Assembly (NCBI RefSeq): GCF_006345805.1
Contig: NC_043012.1
Coordinates: 49,042,001 to 49,106,000, forward strand
Direction: 5' to 3'
Origin: Octopus sinensis
Taxonomy: Eukaryota
DNA length: 64,000 nucleotides
Shown here: positions 14,092 through 26,232 of the stretch, piece by piece
Layout of the letters: the number at the start of each line of letters is the position of its first letter
How positions within the stretch are numbered: position 1 is the stretch's first letter
The notes under the pieces: model-generated
What the model was told of the DNA's origin: nothing
The model's input: the letters and a program-made list of their open reading frames with translations, nothing else
Databases searched by the model: none
Program-made: the position numbers and the translations under genes

Positions 14092-14245
14092 TATATATAA
14101 GTAGGTGAATGAATTATCCTAGTATGGATAATTCGGTTAATCGATATCTGGGTAGCAATTCACGTCAGAAAACACGGTTGAAGCTACATGCCAAGGGCAA
14201 AACCCCGTGTTCCTGTGTGGAAATTTGTGTGTTTTTTTTATATGA

Positions 14246-14887
14246 ATAAATGAAAGGAATGGAGTCGAACGAAGATTTTAACAAAATTCCTTTACTTTCG
14301 ACACATGTTTCGAAGACTGCATATTCTTAATTCCGAAGGAATAAAGTGTGCATTATGCCGTCTTCTCTTCAGGAAAGACAAGGAGCCTCTATCAGTCTCA
14401 CGACGAACAAAAACTTCTTGATGACTGCCTACATTGTGTCCACAGTGATAATGAGTGTTTTTTAAAATTATCCGTTATTAGCAATGACGTCAAAATTGGT
14501 TGGAAGGAGGAAGTATTAAAAATAGGAAGGGAACAAAATGTTTGTTGTATGAATGGGGATGCCCGGATGCTTGCTTATGTTAATAAGTGTGAGTGTTTAT
14601 GTGTGTGTATTAGTGTGTGAATATAACTGCTTTTGTGTCTATGTATGTGTGTGTGTGTGTAATTGTGTGTGTGTGTGTGTGTGTGTGTGTGGGACAATTG
14701 TCAAATATATCTAGTAGTGATGTGACAAATTTGTGTCTGTGTGTTTGATTGGGCGTATGATAGAGAGAGAGAGAAAGAGAGAGAAGGGGAGAGGTAAAGA
14801 GATAGAGACAAACATACGCCAACGGTATATAGTAGTACTGTTCCATGTAACGGGTTAGAAAGAAAGAATTTGTCTATGGTAGTGGCG
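14246..14887 (-). repeat. Inverted copy of the PLE terminal repeat (pLTR) at 15323-15938
   Basis: Reverse complement aligns along its full length with 15323-15938. Confidence 0.93.
14295..14377 (-). ncRNA. Type I hammerhead ribozyme motif (copy in inverted pLTR)
   Basis: Reverse complement: ctttc CTGAAGA gaagac...gtcttc GAAA catgtg TC gaaag. Confidence 0.8.
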
Positions 14888-15932
14888 CCCAGTAATTCCA
14901 AATTAAAAATTCCATTTGCCAATGTAAAATTTCTTCCGGTACCGATGTCTTCTTCTATATTGGTGCGTCAACTTCAAAATTGTCCGAGAGAATTTCCAAC
15001 CATTATTCAACTTTGCGTGATAGGAGAAAACAACAAAGTACAGGACTAAGTAAATTGGTTTGGCGTCTTAAGGACAACAATATAACTTTCAAGTTGGATT
15101 GGTCCATATTGTTTGTATCCTTTCCTTTTGATAAGGGCAGAAAATATTGTGACATTTGTAATTCTGAACTCTTCTATATACTTTTCTCCAAGGTTCCTTT
15201 GGTAAACACATTTATAGAAAAATCGTATAAGTGCAAGCATTGGCAAAAACACACTTTCCACTCATATAAATGATAGATAATATTGATAACCTATTTGGTT
15301 TTAATAATTAGTTTTACGTCTACGCCACTACCATAGACAAATTCTTTCTTTCTAACCCGTTACATGGAACAGTACTACTATATACCGTTGGCGTATCTCT
15401 TTACCTCTCCCCTTCTCTCTCTTTCTCTCTCTCTCTATCATACGCCCAATCAAACACACAGACACAAATTTGTCACATCACTACTAGATATATTTGACAA
15501 TTGTCCCCCCCCACACACACAATTACACACACACACATACATAGACACAAAAGCAGTTATATTCACACACTAATACACACACATAAACACTCACACTTAT
15601 TAACATAAGCAAGCACCCGGGCATCCCCATTCATACAACAAACTTTTCGATCCCTTCCTATTTTTAATACTTCCTCCTTCCAACCAATTTTGACGTCATT
15701 GCTAATAACGGATAATTTTAAAAAAGCACTCATTATCACTGTGGACGCAATGTAGGCAGTCATGAAGAAGTTTTTGTTCGTTGTGAGACTGATAGAGGCT
15801 CCTTGTCTTTCCTGAAGAGAAGACGACATAATGCACACTTTATTCCTTCGGAATTAAGAATATGCAGTCTTCGAAACATGTGTCGAAAGTAAAGGAATTT
15901 TGTTAAAATCTTCGTTCGACTCCATTCCTTTC

Positions 15933-15938
<6 letters not shown>
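14888..15938 (+). mobile_element. 5'-truncated Penelope-like element: GIY-YIG C-terminus plus 3' pLTR
   Basis: FYIGASTSKLSERISNHYSTLRDRRKQQSTGLSKLVWRLKDNNITFKLDWSIL...CDICNSE...KCKH matches the PLE endonuclease C-terminus; ends in (TA)n. Confidence 0.88.
15807..15889 (+). ncRNA. Type I hammerhead ribozyme motif
   Basis: Stem I ctttc/gaaag; CTGAAGA 15812-18; stem II gaagac/gtcttc; GAAA 15873-76; minimal stem III containing the palindrome ACATGT; GUC triplet, predicted cut after 15884. Confidence 0.82.
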
Positions 15939-16020
<82 letters not shown>

Positions 16021-16515
16021 ATATATGAATATTTAAAATAAATTAGGCTTGATTTACCAGCTCTTGATCGGAAATAAGTAACTTTGAGTACTGGAATTTG
16101 GAGCCTTTCAGTTTTAATGTCTTAAAAAGATATTCTATATTTGTATTGTGTCCTGTAATCAATCGCTTTTGGAGAATAAACCGATTTCTGAAACAAGTAA
16201 AAGAATGAAAAATATATATATTGTTTACTTTTGGATGGCCATTTTCAGTTATCTTTATAGAACTGACATTATTTTTTTTCTACTATTGTAACACCTTTTC
16301 CTATTAGAAAGCTATTGTTAAAGTTTTACCTTTTCATGAGCCGTCCGTTGCATTTGGAAAATTTGTCAACTTCATATTTAATGAGCTTTTTTTCTCTCAA
16401 TAACCTCTTTCGAAAATTTTCCTAGCAACTGTCAGAAAGCAGCTAACAAATGCTGACGTGTCCAAGCAATAACATTAATATAATAATTTGTGTGTGTTTG
16501 TATGAGCGTGTGTAT

Positions 16516-16557
<42 letters not shown>

Positions 16558-16771
16558 TACACACACACTCTCTCTTTCTTTCTTTCTTTCTTTCTCTCGC
16601 TTACTAACCTACAGACTCTATTTCTCCCTTCCTATCTTATTACTTCCTCCCGTTACATTGTTTCTCTTAACCTCTCACCTACCTCCCATGCTCAACAGTA
16701 AACCCGTGTAATTTGAAGAAAGACTGACTCGTGTCCTGTCGAACCATGTAACCACAAAAAGCGGGCGTAAA

Positions 16772-16995
16772 ATAATAGCAGTACATACATACATACATAC
16801 ATACATACATACATACATACATACATACATACATACATACATACATGCATACATACATACATACATACATACATACATACATGCATGCATGCATGCATAC
16901 ATACATACATACATACATACATACATGCATACATACATACATACATGCATGCATGCATGCATGCATACATACATACATACATACATACTACATAC
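16772..16995. repeat. (TACA)n/(TGCA) microsatellite
   Basis: Direct tetranucleotide repeat. Confidence 0.95.
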
Positions 16996-17070
16996 ATGCG
17001 TGGCTGTGTGGTAAGAAGTTTGCTTCCCAACCACATGATTCTGGGTTCAGTCTTACTGCGTGGCACCTTG
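16996..17070 (+). mobile_element. SINE family 1 head only
   Basis: gtggctgtgtggtaagaagtttgcttcccaaccacatg...ggcacctt, then abuts the Gypsy remnant. Confidence 0.75.
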
Positions 17071-17074
17071 CGGA

Positions 17075-18548
17075 TTCTTTCATGTGCTTGATTTTGTCAC
17101 AAGGATTGACAGGTAGAAGGGATGCAGAAACCCGAGCAAAAATTCTATCAAAATGGAAATGAACCAGGATTTAACATTGCAAAAGCTGTGTAACACGAGG
17201 AGTGTAACAGGATATTAAAATCAAGGCATGGCACGGAAGAGATTCAACGGAAAGAATGTTTCCACATAGGACCAATGCAAAAAAGTAGGAAGACAAATAA
17301 AGTGTTGCAGGAAAAACAGAAAAAATATCGTAATGTAGACACATATATGGCATGTGGTGAGATTCACCTGAAAAAAGATTGTCCGTATAAAAGTGCAAAG
17401 TGTTTTCGCTGCGGGCTAACAGGACATATGAAATCGCACTGCAAAACCAGAATGATAGGAAAATGCAACAAACGAGAAAAAATAAATAGCTTGTTAGCAG
17501 GAAAAGTTGTGACTACAACAAAAAGAAAATTTGTGAATGTGAGAATTGAAAACACTAGTGTCAGAATGTAATTAAACACGAGAAAACATGGGAACAAATG
17601 GGTAAACCAAAATTATGTAGTTCAAACAAAATAGCATTCGGTGTTACAGGGAGAAAATTATATTTCACAGGCGAACGCGTTTGTAATATAATGTTCAACG
17701 GTTGAACCAAAAAAGTGAATGTTTATGTGTTGAAAAGATCCATGAATATATTTGGCACAGAACGTATGGAGATATTTAATTTATGGGATATATCCATAAG
17801 CGCTTTGTGCAATAGCGTAAACGGAGCAGTGAAACGATCGAACGAGGTCGATGAACTGAAAAAAAAAAAAACGTAAGAAATTTTCTCTAAAATCTTTTTC
17901 GGAAGGTTTAGGCTGTTGCACTAAAAGAAAATTCAACACCTATTTTCAGGCTCAAATGGAACGTACCATTTGCGGCGATAGAAGAGGTCAATAAAGAACT
18001 AGAAAGGTTGGAAATACTGAAAAGATTGACCAAACAGACTGGGCAACACCGGCGATGTACGTAAAAAATAATAATAATAAGCTAAGAGTGTGTGCAGACT
18101 TCTCAACCAGGTTAAACGACTTTTTACTCACACAATTATCCATTTCCCAGCCCAGAAGAAGTATTTGCTAAACTAAACGGAGGCGCACCTTCAAATTCAC
18201 TTAGAGGAAGATTACACATATCTACTCACAATCAACTTGCAACGTGGATTGTACAAGTTCAAACGACTGTTGTTTGGAGTAAAAGTGGCACCCGCTATAT
18301 TCCAACAAATAATGGATGCGATGTTAAGTGATTGCGACTTCCCATAACATGCCTAGATGACATTCTGATAAGGAGCGAGTCTCGGGTGCAACATGTCGAA
18401 CACATGAAGAAAGTATTCGAGAGGATAAGTGAATACGGATTAAAACTAACGAAAGAAGAATGCGAATTTTTTATGGAAAAAAATAAAATACCTAGGTCAA
18501 ATAATCGACGGAAGTAGACGCAGACCAGACCCATCGAGGGCGGCGGTG
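17075..18548 (+). mobile_element. Ty3/Gypsy LTR retrotransposon remnant (gag zinc knuckles, protease, RT), pseudogenised
   Basis: CGEIHLKKDCPYKSAKCFRCGLTGHMKSHC (CCHC); KFVNVRIENTSVRM (PR); VPFAAIEEVNKELERLE...LRVCADFSTRLN...; RLLFGVKVAPAIFQQIMD...CLDDILI...YGLKLTKEECEFF (RT, YLDD to CLDD); stops and frameshifts. Confidence 0.95.
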
Positions 18549-18557
18549 GCACACACA

Positions 18558-18591
<34 letters not shown>

Positions 18592-19112
18592 ACACACACA
18601 CATAACACACACACACAGAGTAGAAGGTAAAAAGAGAGAAAATAGAACGCTTCTGATAATGCGGGAAGTTTAAATAAAAACGTTATATGTCTTGCGCAAA
18701 GGCACATCTTCAGCAGAAGTTTATATAAGTGCGAGGGTATTTGAATGAGTTAATGGAACTATAAAGGTTTTAGTAAACTTACCGCATAGTCAGAAGCTTT
18801 CTGTTTTCTCTTTTTTCCCCTTGCATTACAATGCTTCAAGCGAGCTAGAACGCTCTGATATACATATAGTCAGTTCAAATAAACAGACAATTCAAATAAA
18901 CGACGAATAAAAAAAAAAAAAAACGAAAAAATAAAATGAACGTGATGACGTGCACACGAAACGTATTCGCTTAACGCTCGGTGAAAGGAGAGAATCTGAC
19001 GTTTCAAACATAACTCTTTGTCGGAGAGGAGAAAGGGAAAATACCAAGGATGGAAAAGAAATCGCCAACGGCACACGTGTAGTTACATTGCATATATATA
19101 TATATATATAAA

Positions 19113-19154
<42 letters not shown>

Positions 19155-19305
19155 ATATATATTTCTCAAATCTTTGCGAATGGACTACTCATTTCACTGA
19201 TACACAAATTTGATTATATATCATTTCAATTTAACTGTATAGGTATTTCTTCATTTGATTCTTTCACACCTGCGTGTTACCATTTATTCATAACACAGTT
19301 AATAG

Positions 19306-19380
<75 letters not shown>

Positions 19381-20195
19381 CATACATGCATACATACATA
19401 CATACATACAAACACACATATAGGGATACATGCAAACATACAAAGAAATTCTTTGTGTGTTTAAACACGGACACACGCACACCCACGCACACATACATAT
19501 TATGTCTATTTTGAATCTATATAATGAATGTATGCATTATGTATGTAACTACGTATGTATATGTACAAATATACGTACTTCCTACATACGACCTGACATA
19601 TTTGACATAAGACTCATTATACAGGTTTGGTAACCTTTGTGAATCAATGCCAAATATTGTATAAGCGTTCATACGTATGAAAAAAGTACTGAAGATGGGC
19701 AATGGCCTTCGTTTTTCTGGGTAAAATAAAGAGCCTGGGAAATATAATTTCATTTTTCTTAGGTTGTCAACATTTACAGTTAAAACTATTTTCCTGATTA
19801 CTATAACGCAGCCACTAACGAAGCCAATATAATATTTTTTTCGGAGTATGCGCTACAAACACCAATCTGGTTCACTGTGACATCACACAATGAAAATCCA
19901 CCCGACCGTTGTTCATTTGATATATCTGTTCCTCATATTTCAGTTTGTCTTTATTGTTTCGATCGAGTGCAAGTGGTACGCACGAATCACCGAGTACCAT
20001 TGGAGTATTATGCACGAATCCATGTATGTATGTATGTATGTATGTATGTATGTATGTATTATGTATGTATGTATGTATGTATGTATGTATGTATGTATGT
20101 ACATCGACTCTCGAACACACACACAATATATATTGCATTCTCAACACCTAAAATCTGAATCTCCTATAGTATTTTCTGCGTGAGAATAAACCTCT

Positions 20196-20279
<84 letters not shown>

Positions 20280-20439
20280 TATATATATTATATATATATA
20301 TATATTATTATATATTATATGAATATTGTATATGTTCTATATATACATGAACATATATATATATATATATATAATATATATATATAATATATATTATAAT
20401 ATATGTGCGTGTGTATATATGTCTATATATATGTATATG

Positions 20440-20476
<37 letters not shown>

Positions 20477-20514
20477 ATATATATATATATATGTATGTAT
20501 ATGTTTATATATAT

Positions 20515-21027
20515 ACTAGCAGCATGCCCGGTGTTGCCCGGGTATGTTGCCCCTAGTAGGCAACGACTAATCCCAATCTAGTCCTTTCCCTCTAATTTCC
20601 TGCCAATTTGTGAAAGATATTGTCGAAAATATGTCATCTTGAATTTGAACGCGATTTCCCAAAATGGCATGATTTTATCGATTTTTTCTGATGGTAAGGT
20701 ATTGCATGGAAAACTAACGTTAGAATTGTTTCTTAGGGTAACATTAAGCTTCACCATGAGTTTGGTGAAAATCGATTGCAAGTTGCGAAAACTACAACAG
20801 AAAATGTGTTGCATATAAAAAGCTTAGATTCTCGACCCCATGTCGAATTTATCGATTTTTTTCAGAACTGGAGGAACTGTTCAAAATTTTCGCTCTGTTA
20901 GTTTTGAATTATGACATTGGGCTATGTGTGTGTCAAGTTTCATCAGAATCGGTTGAAAGCTGTGGTCAGGGTGAGGTACAACCTGACAGACACACAGACA
21001 CACAGACACACAGACAGACAAACTGCC

Positions 21028-21035
<8 letters not shown>
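20515..21035 (+). mobile_element. Non-autonomous Helitron/Helentron-associated element (Lep1/HINE-like)
   Basis: Starts actagcagcatgcccggtgttgcccggg (subterminal hairpin), contains aagtttcatcagaatcggttg, ends (cagacaca)n cagacaaactgccgttta; embedded in (TA)n. Confidence 0.7.
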
Positions 21036-21092
<57 letters not shown>

Positions 21093-21792
21093 ATATATGT
21101 ATATATCTATATGATTCTATATGTGTGTGTGTGTGTATTTTCCTATATATCTAATATAAGAAATGCGAAAACTAATTTCTGTGTGCTAGTGTGTCACACT
21201 CTTGCTCACTCTCTCACTATTGCATGTCACTTCTTCGTGCTAAGGTGAGAGTAATAGCAAGCAAAAAGACGGGGAGGGCGATAGCGAAGACAGAGAGAGA
21301 GAGGGGAGGGAGAGAGAGTGAAAGAAAAGTGAAAGAGAGAAAGAGACACAAATAACTTTAGGTAGAGTTGATGATGCTTTATTAAAGGTAGTAAAGTTGG
21401 TGGTGGCAATAGGAGTAATAATAAAATAAGAGAGAGAGAGAGTGTGTGGGAATGTGAGAGAAAGAGGGAGATGATGTACAACTCTCCTGGACAGAAATTC
21501 CTGTGGCCAGCATGCTGAACAAACTACTGGACAGTATCATTTTTATTTTCTTTTTTGCTTTCTTTAATATATACATGCATACATACACACACACACATGG
21601 CATACATACATACATACATACATACATACATACATACATACATACATACATACACACACACTCATGTATATACATATACATACACACATACATATAAAAT
21701 ACACTTTAATTGAAATACAGTCTCCCCAAAATTAAACATATCTAATATAATAAATGTGAATATCAGTGTGTCAGTGTGTCACACTTTTCCAG

Positions 21793-21851
21793 CTTTACTC
21801 CTAGAAGCTGTACCCCAGCATATCATACCATTTTGGAATCAGGCTGACTTT
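21793..21851 (+). CDS. Candidate coding exon (xLLLEAVPQHIIPFWNQADF), phase 1 to 0
   Basis: Acceptor cacttttccag, strong donor gtgagt; only one frame is open. Confidence 0.45.
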
Positions 21852-22136
21852 GTGAGTAAATTAAAAACATTCGGTGCCGAATCCGGTCCTGAAATCCTGA
21901 AATTTTGGATTCCTATGTTTTCATTACTGCGATTGTTTTCGGCGATTGTTTTTACCATGACTGTTTGTGACGAATATGATCATCATTGAGATATGACCCT
22001 GGAGGAAACAATTGCAACAAATTCTCCAAAACAAGTCAGAGATGTGTTTGTAGATCTTCCCATTCGGTGTTAGCTACATACAAGCTTAAAAGCCGCCCTA
22101 TGGAGCGACGTTTAATCTACCATGTAGCCTTTAAGC

Positions 22137-22203
<67 letters not shown>

Positions 22204-22524
22204 GTACACTCAGCAAGCTGAGTGTTTACGAAGTTCGCTACGCAAGTATGAGGCTACAGGTTCAATCCTACCATGGGATATGGTAATCTTCTGTGACCTC
22301 AGGTCGACCCATACCTTGCGAGTAAAAATTTGCTTGATGGGAACCGGATAAAACTCCCAGGAATTCAAAATGTACAGTGTTGTTACAAATTATTAGGCTG
22401 GGAAGTTTACTTAAACATACAATTGTCTGTGAAATGTTAAGCCACTTACGTGTTATTCAGAAGTTAATTCATTTAATCATCTGAATTACCATCGTCAACC
22501 GAAGGGGGTCCAACACCGTCATAA

Positions 22525-22592
<68 letters not shown>

Positions 22593-22619
22593 ATATTATA
22601 TTTATCTGTTTCCAGTTTT

Positions 22620-22825
22620 GTGTATAATGAATGAAAACCAGCATTGGGGTGTTTACGTCCTCGTAACTTGGCGGTTCGGTAGCGAGAGAGAGGGGAGTGA
22701 TAGAAAAGAGACCAGAGATTAACAATAATAAATTAGTATCGAGATCGTTTCATTCGACTAAAAAATTAAGGCGGTACTTCAGCATGGGCGCAGTCTAATG
22801 ATTGAAACAAATACAAAAGAAAAAC
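22620..22825 (+). mobile_element. SINE family 1, 3' half
   Basis: gtttacgtcctcgtaacttggcggttcgg...cagcatgggcgcagtctaatgattgaaacaa. Confidence 0.75.
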
Positions 22826-22850
22826 AGATATATATATATATATATATATA

Positions 22851-23805
22851 TCGCGGAACACCTTCGTGACATCCGCCTTGCGAACGACACACCGGTCTCA
22901 CATTTTTTCCGCTCCACCGGTCACTCCTTGCAACACCTGTCTGTGTTCGGTTTGTCCTTACACAGAGGCCATCCGGATTCCCGTTTGCGCCGTGAACAGG
23001 AATTAATCTTCTCTCTACGCTCTTATACGCCTTTTGGTCTCAACTCTCCCCCCTCCTCATCTAACCCCCCTCTCTCTCCCCTGCTCATCTAACCTCCCCC
23101 CGACCCCTACTTCTCTTCAGTCCTTCATCCTTTCACCCCTACTCCTCTTCCCTTCTTCCCTCTTTCTCCCTCCCTCCTTTTTCCCTCTTCCCCTTCCCTC
23201 TGCTCCCTCCCTCCCCTTCTCTCTCTCTCCCCCTCTCCCTCTCTCCTCCCTCCTCCTCTCCCCTCCTCTCCTTCCTTCTCTCCCCTCCTTCTCTCCCCTC
23301 CTCTTCTCCCCTTTCCTTCTCCCATTTCTTTGTCCCCTCCCCTCCCCCTTATCCCCCCTTACCCCTCTTCTCCTCTCTTTACACTACACCATACGACTTT
23401 ACACATCACATCATATATACATACACACGTCCAGACCTCTCATACGCACTAATACTCTCTCATACACACACACACACTCTTCTCATACACACACACACAC
23501 ACTCTTATGTTGGAGTGAGGTCATTCAACCCTATTATCTCCCCTAATTTCGCTCTTGCGTCTCATGTTTGATCTTTGACTTCTGGCCGAAATCAGATCGC
23601 CATGTTGATTCGCTAGCTTCTGCACGCATATTTTTTTTTCTCTCCTTCTTTCTGTGTTTTTTCTCTGTGTATCTTTCTGTTGAAGAGCGTAGGCTCGAAA
23701 CGTTAAAGACTTGTTTTATTTATATTTCCTGAGCGCCATACTAATACAATTGTTTGTTTGTATTCCACCTGCCTTCGTCTTTTGTCTATTTCATAAAGCT
23801 TCCCG

Positions 23806-23807
<2 letters not shown>
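22851..23807 (+). mobile_element. 5'-truncated Penelope-like element (GIY-YIG tail, CT-rich UTR, family A end with HHR-like core)
   Basis: AEHLRDIRLANDTPVSHFFRSTGHSLQHLSVFGLSLHRGHPDSRLRREQELIFSLRSYTPFGLN; flanked by (TA)n on both sides. Confidence 0.88.
23672..23709 (+). ncRNA. Minimal hammerhead-like motif with variant core (CUGUUGAA)
   Basis: tcttt CTGTTGAA gagc gtag gctc GAAACGT T aaaga; related copies at ~34867-34905 and ~48738-48775. Confidence 0.5.
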
Positions 23808-23842
<35 letters not shown>

Positions 23843-23845
23843 TAC

Positions 23846-23963
23846 TACGATGATCCGGTTCTTGACTGAAGACTGAGGGGTTCGAATGTCCTGTCCATGT
23901 TTATTGTGTCGTCTTCTAAGAGTTATACGTTCTTGTCCATGTTGTATTTTTCTACATACCTTA

Positions 23964-23965
<2 letters not shown>
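23846..23965 (+). mobile_element. PLE terminal repeat family C fragment
   Basis: gatgatccggttcttgactgaagactgaggggttcgaatgtcc; ends in (TA)n. Confidence 0.6.
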
Positions 23966-23994
<29 letters not shown>

Positions 23995-24573
23995 CACATA
24001 CATACATACATATTAGCATATATAGCAAATGAGATGAAGGGACTTGCAGATGTAATTATTGACAATATGGTGTTTTCAATGTCTATGGGACACAAGAGGA
24101 TTGCAGAAGAATCTGCAGACTGTCCCATTGCAGAAAGTGTTAGAGGTATAGGTTTCCTTCCTACTGCGCTTCAGTAAACAATTGGTAGACGGAACTGTGT
24201 GTAACAACCAGTGAAAGAAAACCCTATGGAAGACGTAGCAAAGAAAGGAGTACAGTCCAGCAAATGATTCAGTGTAGAATTCTTAATATATCTGTAGAAA
24301 ATATTTGTACTACGTATATATGTAGCAAAAGGAATGTGTAGAGAATTAAGTGAAGATAAGTAAAAAAGGTAATTTTATAAAAAGGATACAGGTACAAATT
24401 AATACACGATGAGTTCAGTGTTCACTCACTGAGACCCAGTGATTCTTTTGTTGTTTTATTTAAGTGCTATGATTGATTGCATGCCGAAGAACATCAGTCA
24501 TTTACCAACTAAATCACACCATGAATTTAGGTCATGATTAAATGCAACGTAATTTTTTTAAAAAATTCATACA

Positions 24574-24599
24574 ACGGAAACTGAAAGAAGCCTGTCGTA

Positions 24600-24692
<93 letters not shown>

Positions 24693-24890
24693 ATTTGTGT
24701 GTCTGTGTTTGTCCCCCAACATTGCTTGAAAACAGATGTTGGTGTGTTTACATCCAAGTAACTTAGCAGTTCAGCAAAAGAGACCGATAGAATAAGTACT
24801 AGGCTTACAAAGAATAAGTCCTAGGGTCAATTTCCTCGACTAAAGGCGGTACCCCAGCATGGCCTGAAACAAGTAAAAGAGTAAAAGAGA
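24574..24890 (+). mobile_element. SINE family 1, 5'-truncated (left arm of palindrome)
   Basis: acggaaactgaaagaagcc...gaaacaagtaaaagag. Confidence 0.88.
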
Positions 24891-25270
24891 GAGAGAACAG
24901 CTACTTTTAAAACTGGTTAGCTTGGGAGTTGACAAGTATAGCCGCAATCCTCCACGTGGTCGCTTTGTTTTGGCTGCCAGAACAAAGCGATCACGTGGAG
25001 GATTGCGGCTATACTTGTCAACTCCCAAGCTAACCAGTTTTAAAAGTAGCTGTTCTCTCTCTCTCTCTTTTACTCATTTACTTGTTTCAGTCATTTGACT
25101 GTGGCCATGCTGGAGCACCGCCTTTAGTCGAGCAAATTGACCCCAGGACTTATTCTTTGTAAGCCTAGTACTTATTCTATCGGTCTCTTTTGCTGAACTG
25201 CTAAGTTACTTGGATGTAAACACACCAATATCTGTTTTCAAGCGATGTTGGGGGACAAACACAGACACAC

Positions 25271-25314
<44 letters not shown>

Positions 25315-25362
25315 TATATATACATATATACATATATACGACAGGCTTCTTTCAGTTTCCGT
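24574..25362. repeat. ~790-bp fold-back palindrome centred on 24975
   Basis: Central non-SINE sequence is a near-perfect inverted repeat (tggc t gcca at the centre) that extends into two opposed SINE copies. Confidence 0.92.
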
Positions 25363-25500
25363 CTACCAAATCCACTCACAAGGCTTTGGTCGGCCCGAGG
25401 TTATAGTAGAAGATACTTGCCTAAGATGCCACGCAGTGGGACTGAACCCGGAACCATGTGGTTGGTAAGCAAGCTACATACCACACAGCCATTCCTGCGC
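25060..25500 (-). mobile_element. SINE family 1 (right arm of palindrome)
   Basis: Full-length reverse match. Confidence 0.9.
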
Positions 25501-26175
25501 GTTGAATTTCCCAAAATTCTAAATAAATGGTTCGGTACATGAAATAATTTCTTACATTATTACAATTTTACAGCTATATGGAGAAGCTTAAGTCGGTATG
25601 ATTGCATTACTAATTGATTGGCTCTTGTAGTGACTCAGGAGGGAACATAGCCAAACCTGATTTGAAGGAATTTTAGCACAGATCACAAAATTTTATGTAT
25701 ATAACAAGAAACGAAGTACCATCCAATGCCTTCTACTTAACATATAGCAAAATCGAAGCATCCCAGCTCAGATCAATACCAAATAATTTTAAATAGAAAG
25801 TATATTAAATGAAATTAGGATCATTTAGTTTCTAATGATAATTCATGTCATAAATTGTAAATTACTATATTTATCATGAATAATTAGCTAAATTTAATTA
25901 TATCATCTAAACAATTGAATATTCATAATAATTCACATTTTTGAAGAAACATTCCAAAATACCTTCAGCTGTGTGATTAAGGAGTTCGATTTACAATAAA
26001 ACGGTCTCAGGTTCGATTCTATTGTACGACGCCTTGAACAAGGGACTTCTACGATGTCATCGATTAGATTAAAGATTGGCGAGTAAAATACATCTATCGA
26101 TGGAACCAGCGTAAAACCTGTCATTTAATCGTTCCTATTCTAAGAAGTTATGCTTAGATCGTCATTCAGTTGTAG

Positions 26176-26232
26176 CATTCTTTACTCGCACGTGGTGAAG
26201 TGGGGTGGGACATGAGCAGAGACCGCTTTGTT
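26176..26232 (+). CDS. Candidate coding exon (HSLLARGEVGWDMSRDRFV), phase 0 to 0
   Basis: Acceptor tcattcagttgtag, strong donor gtaagc; in phase with 21793-21851. Confidence 0.4.
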
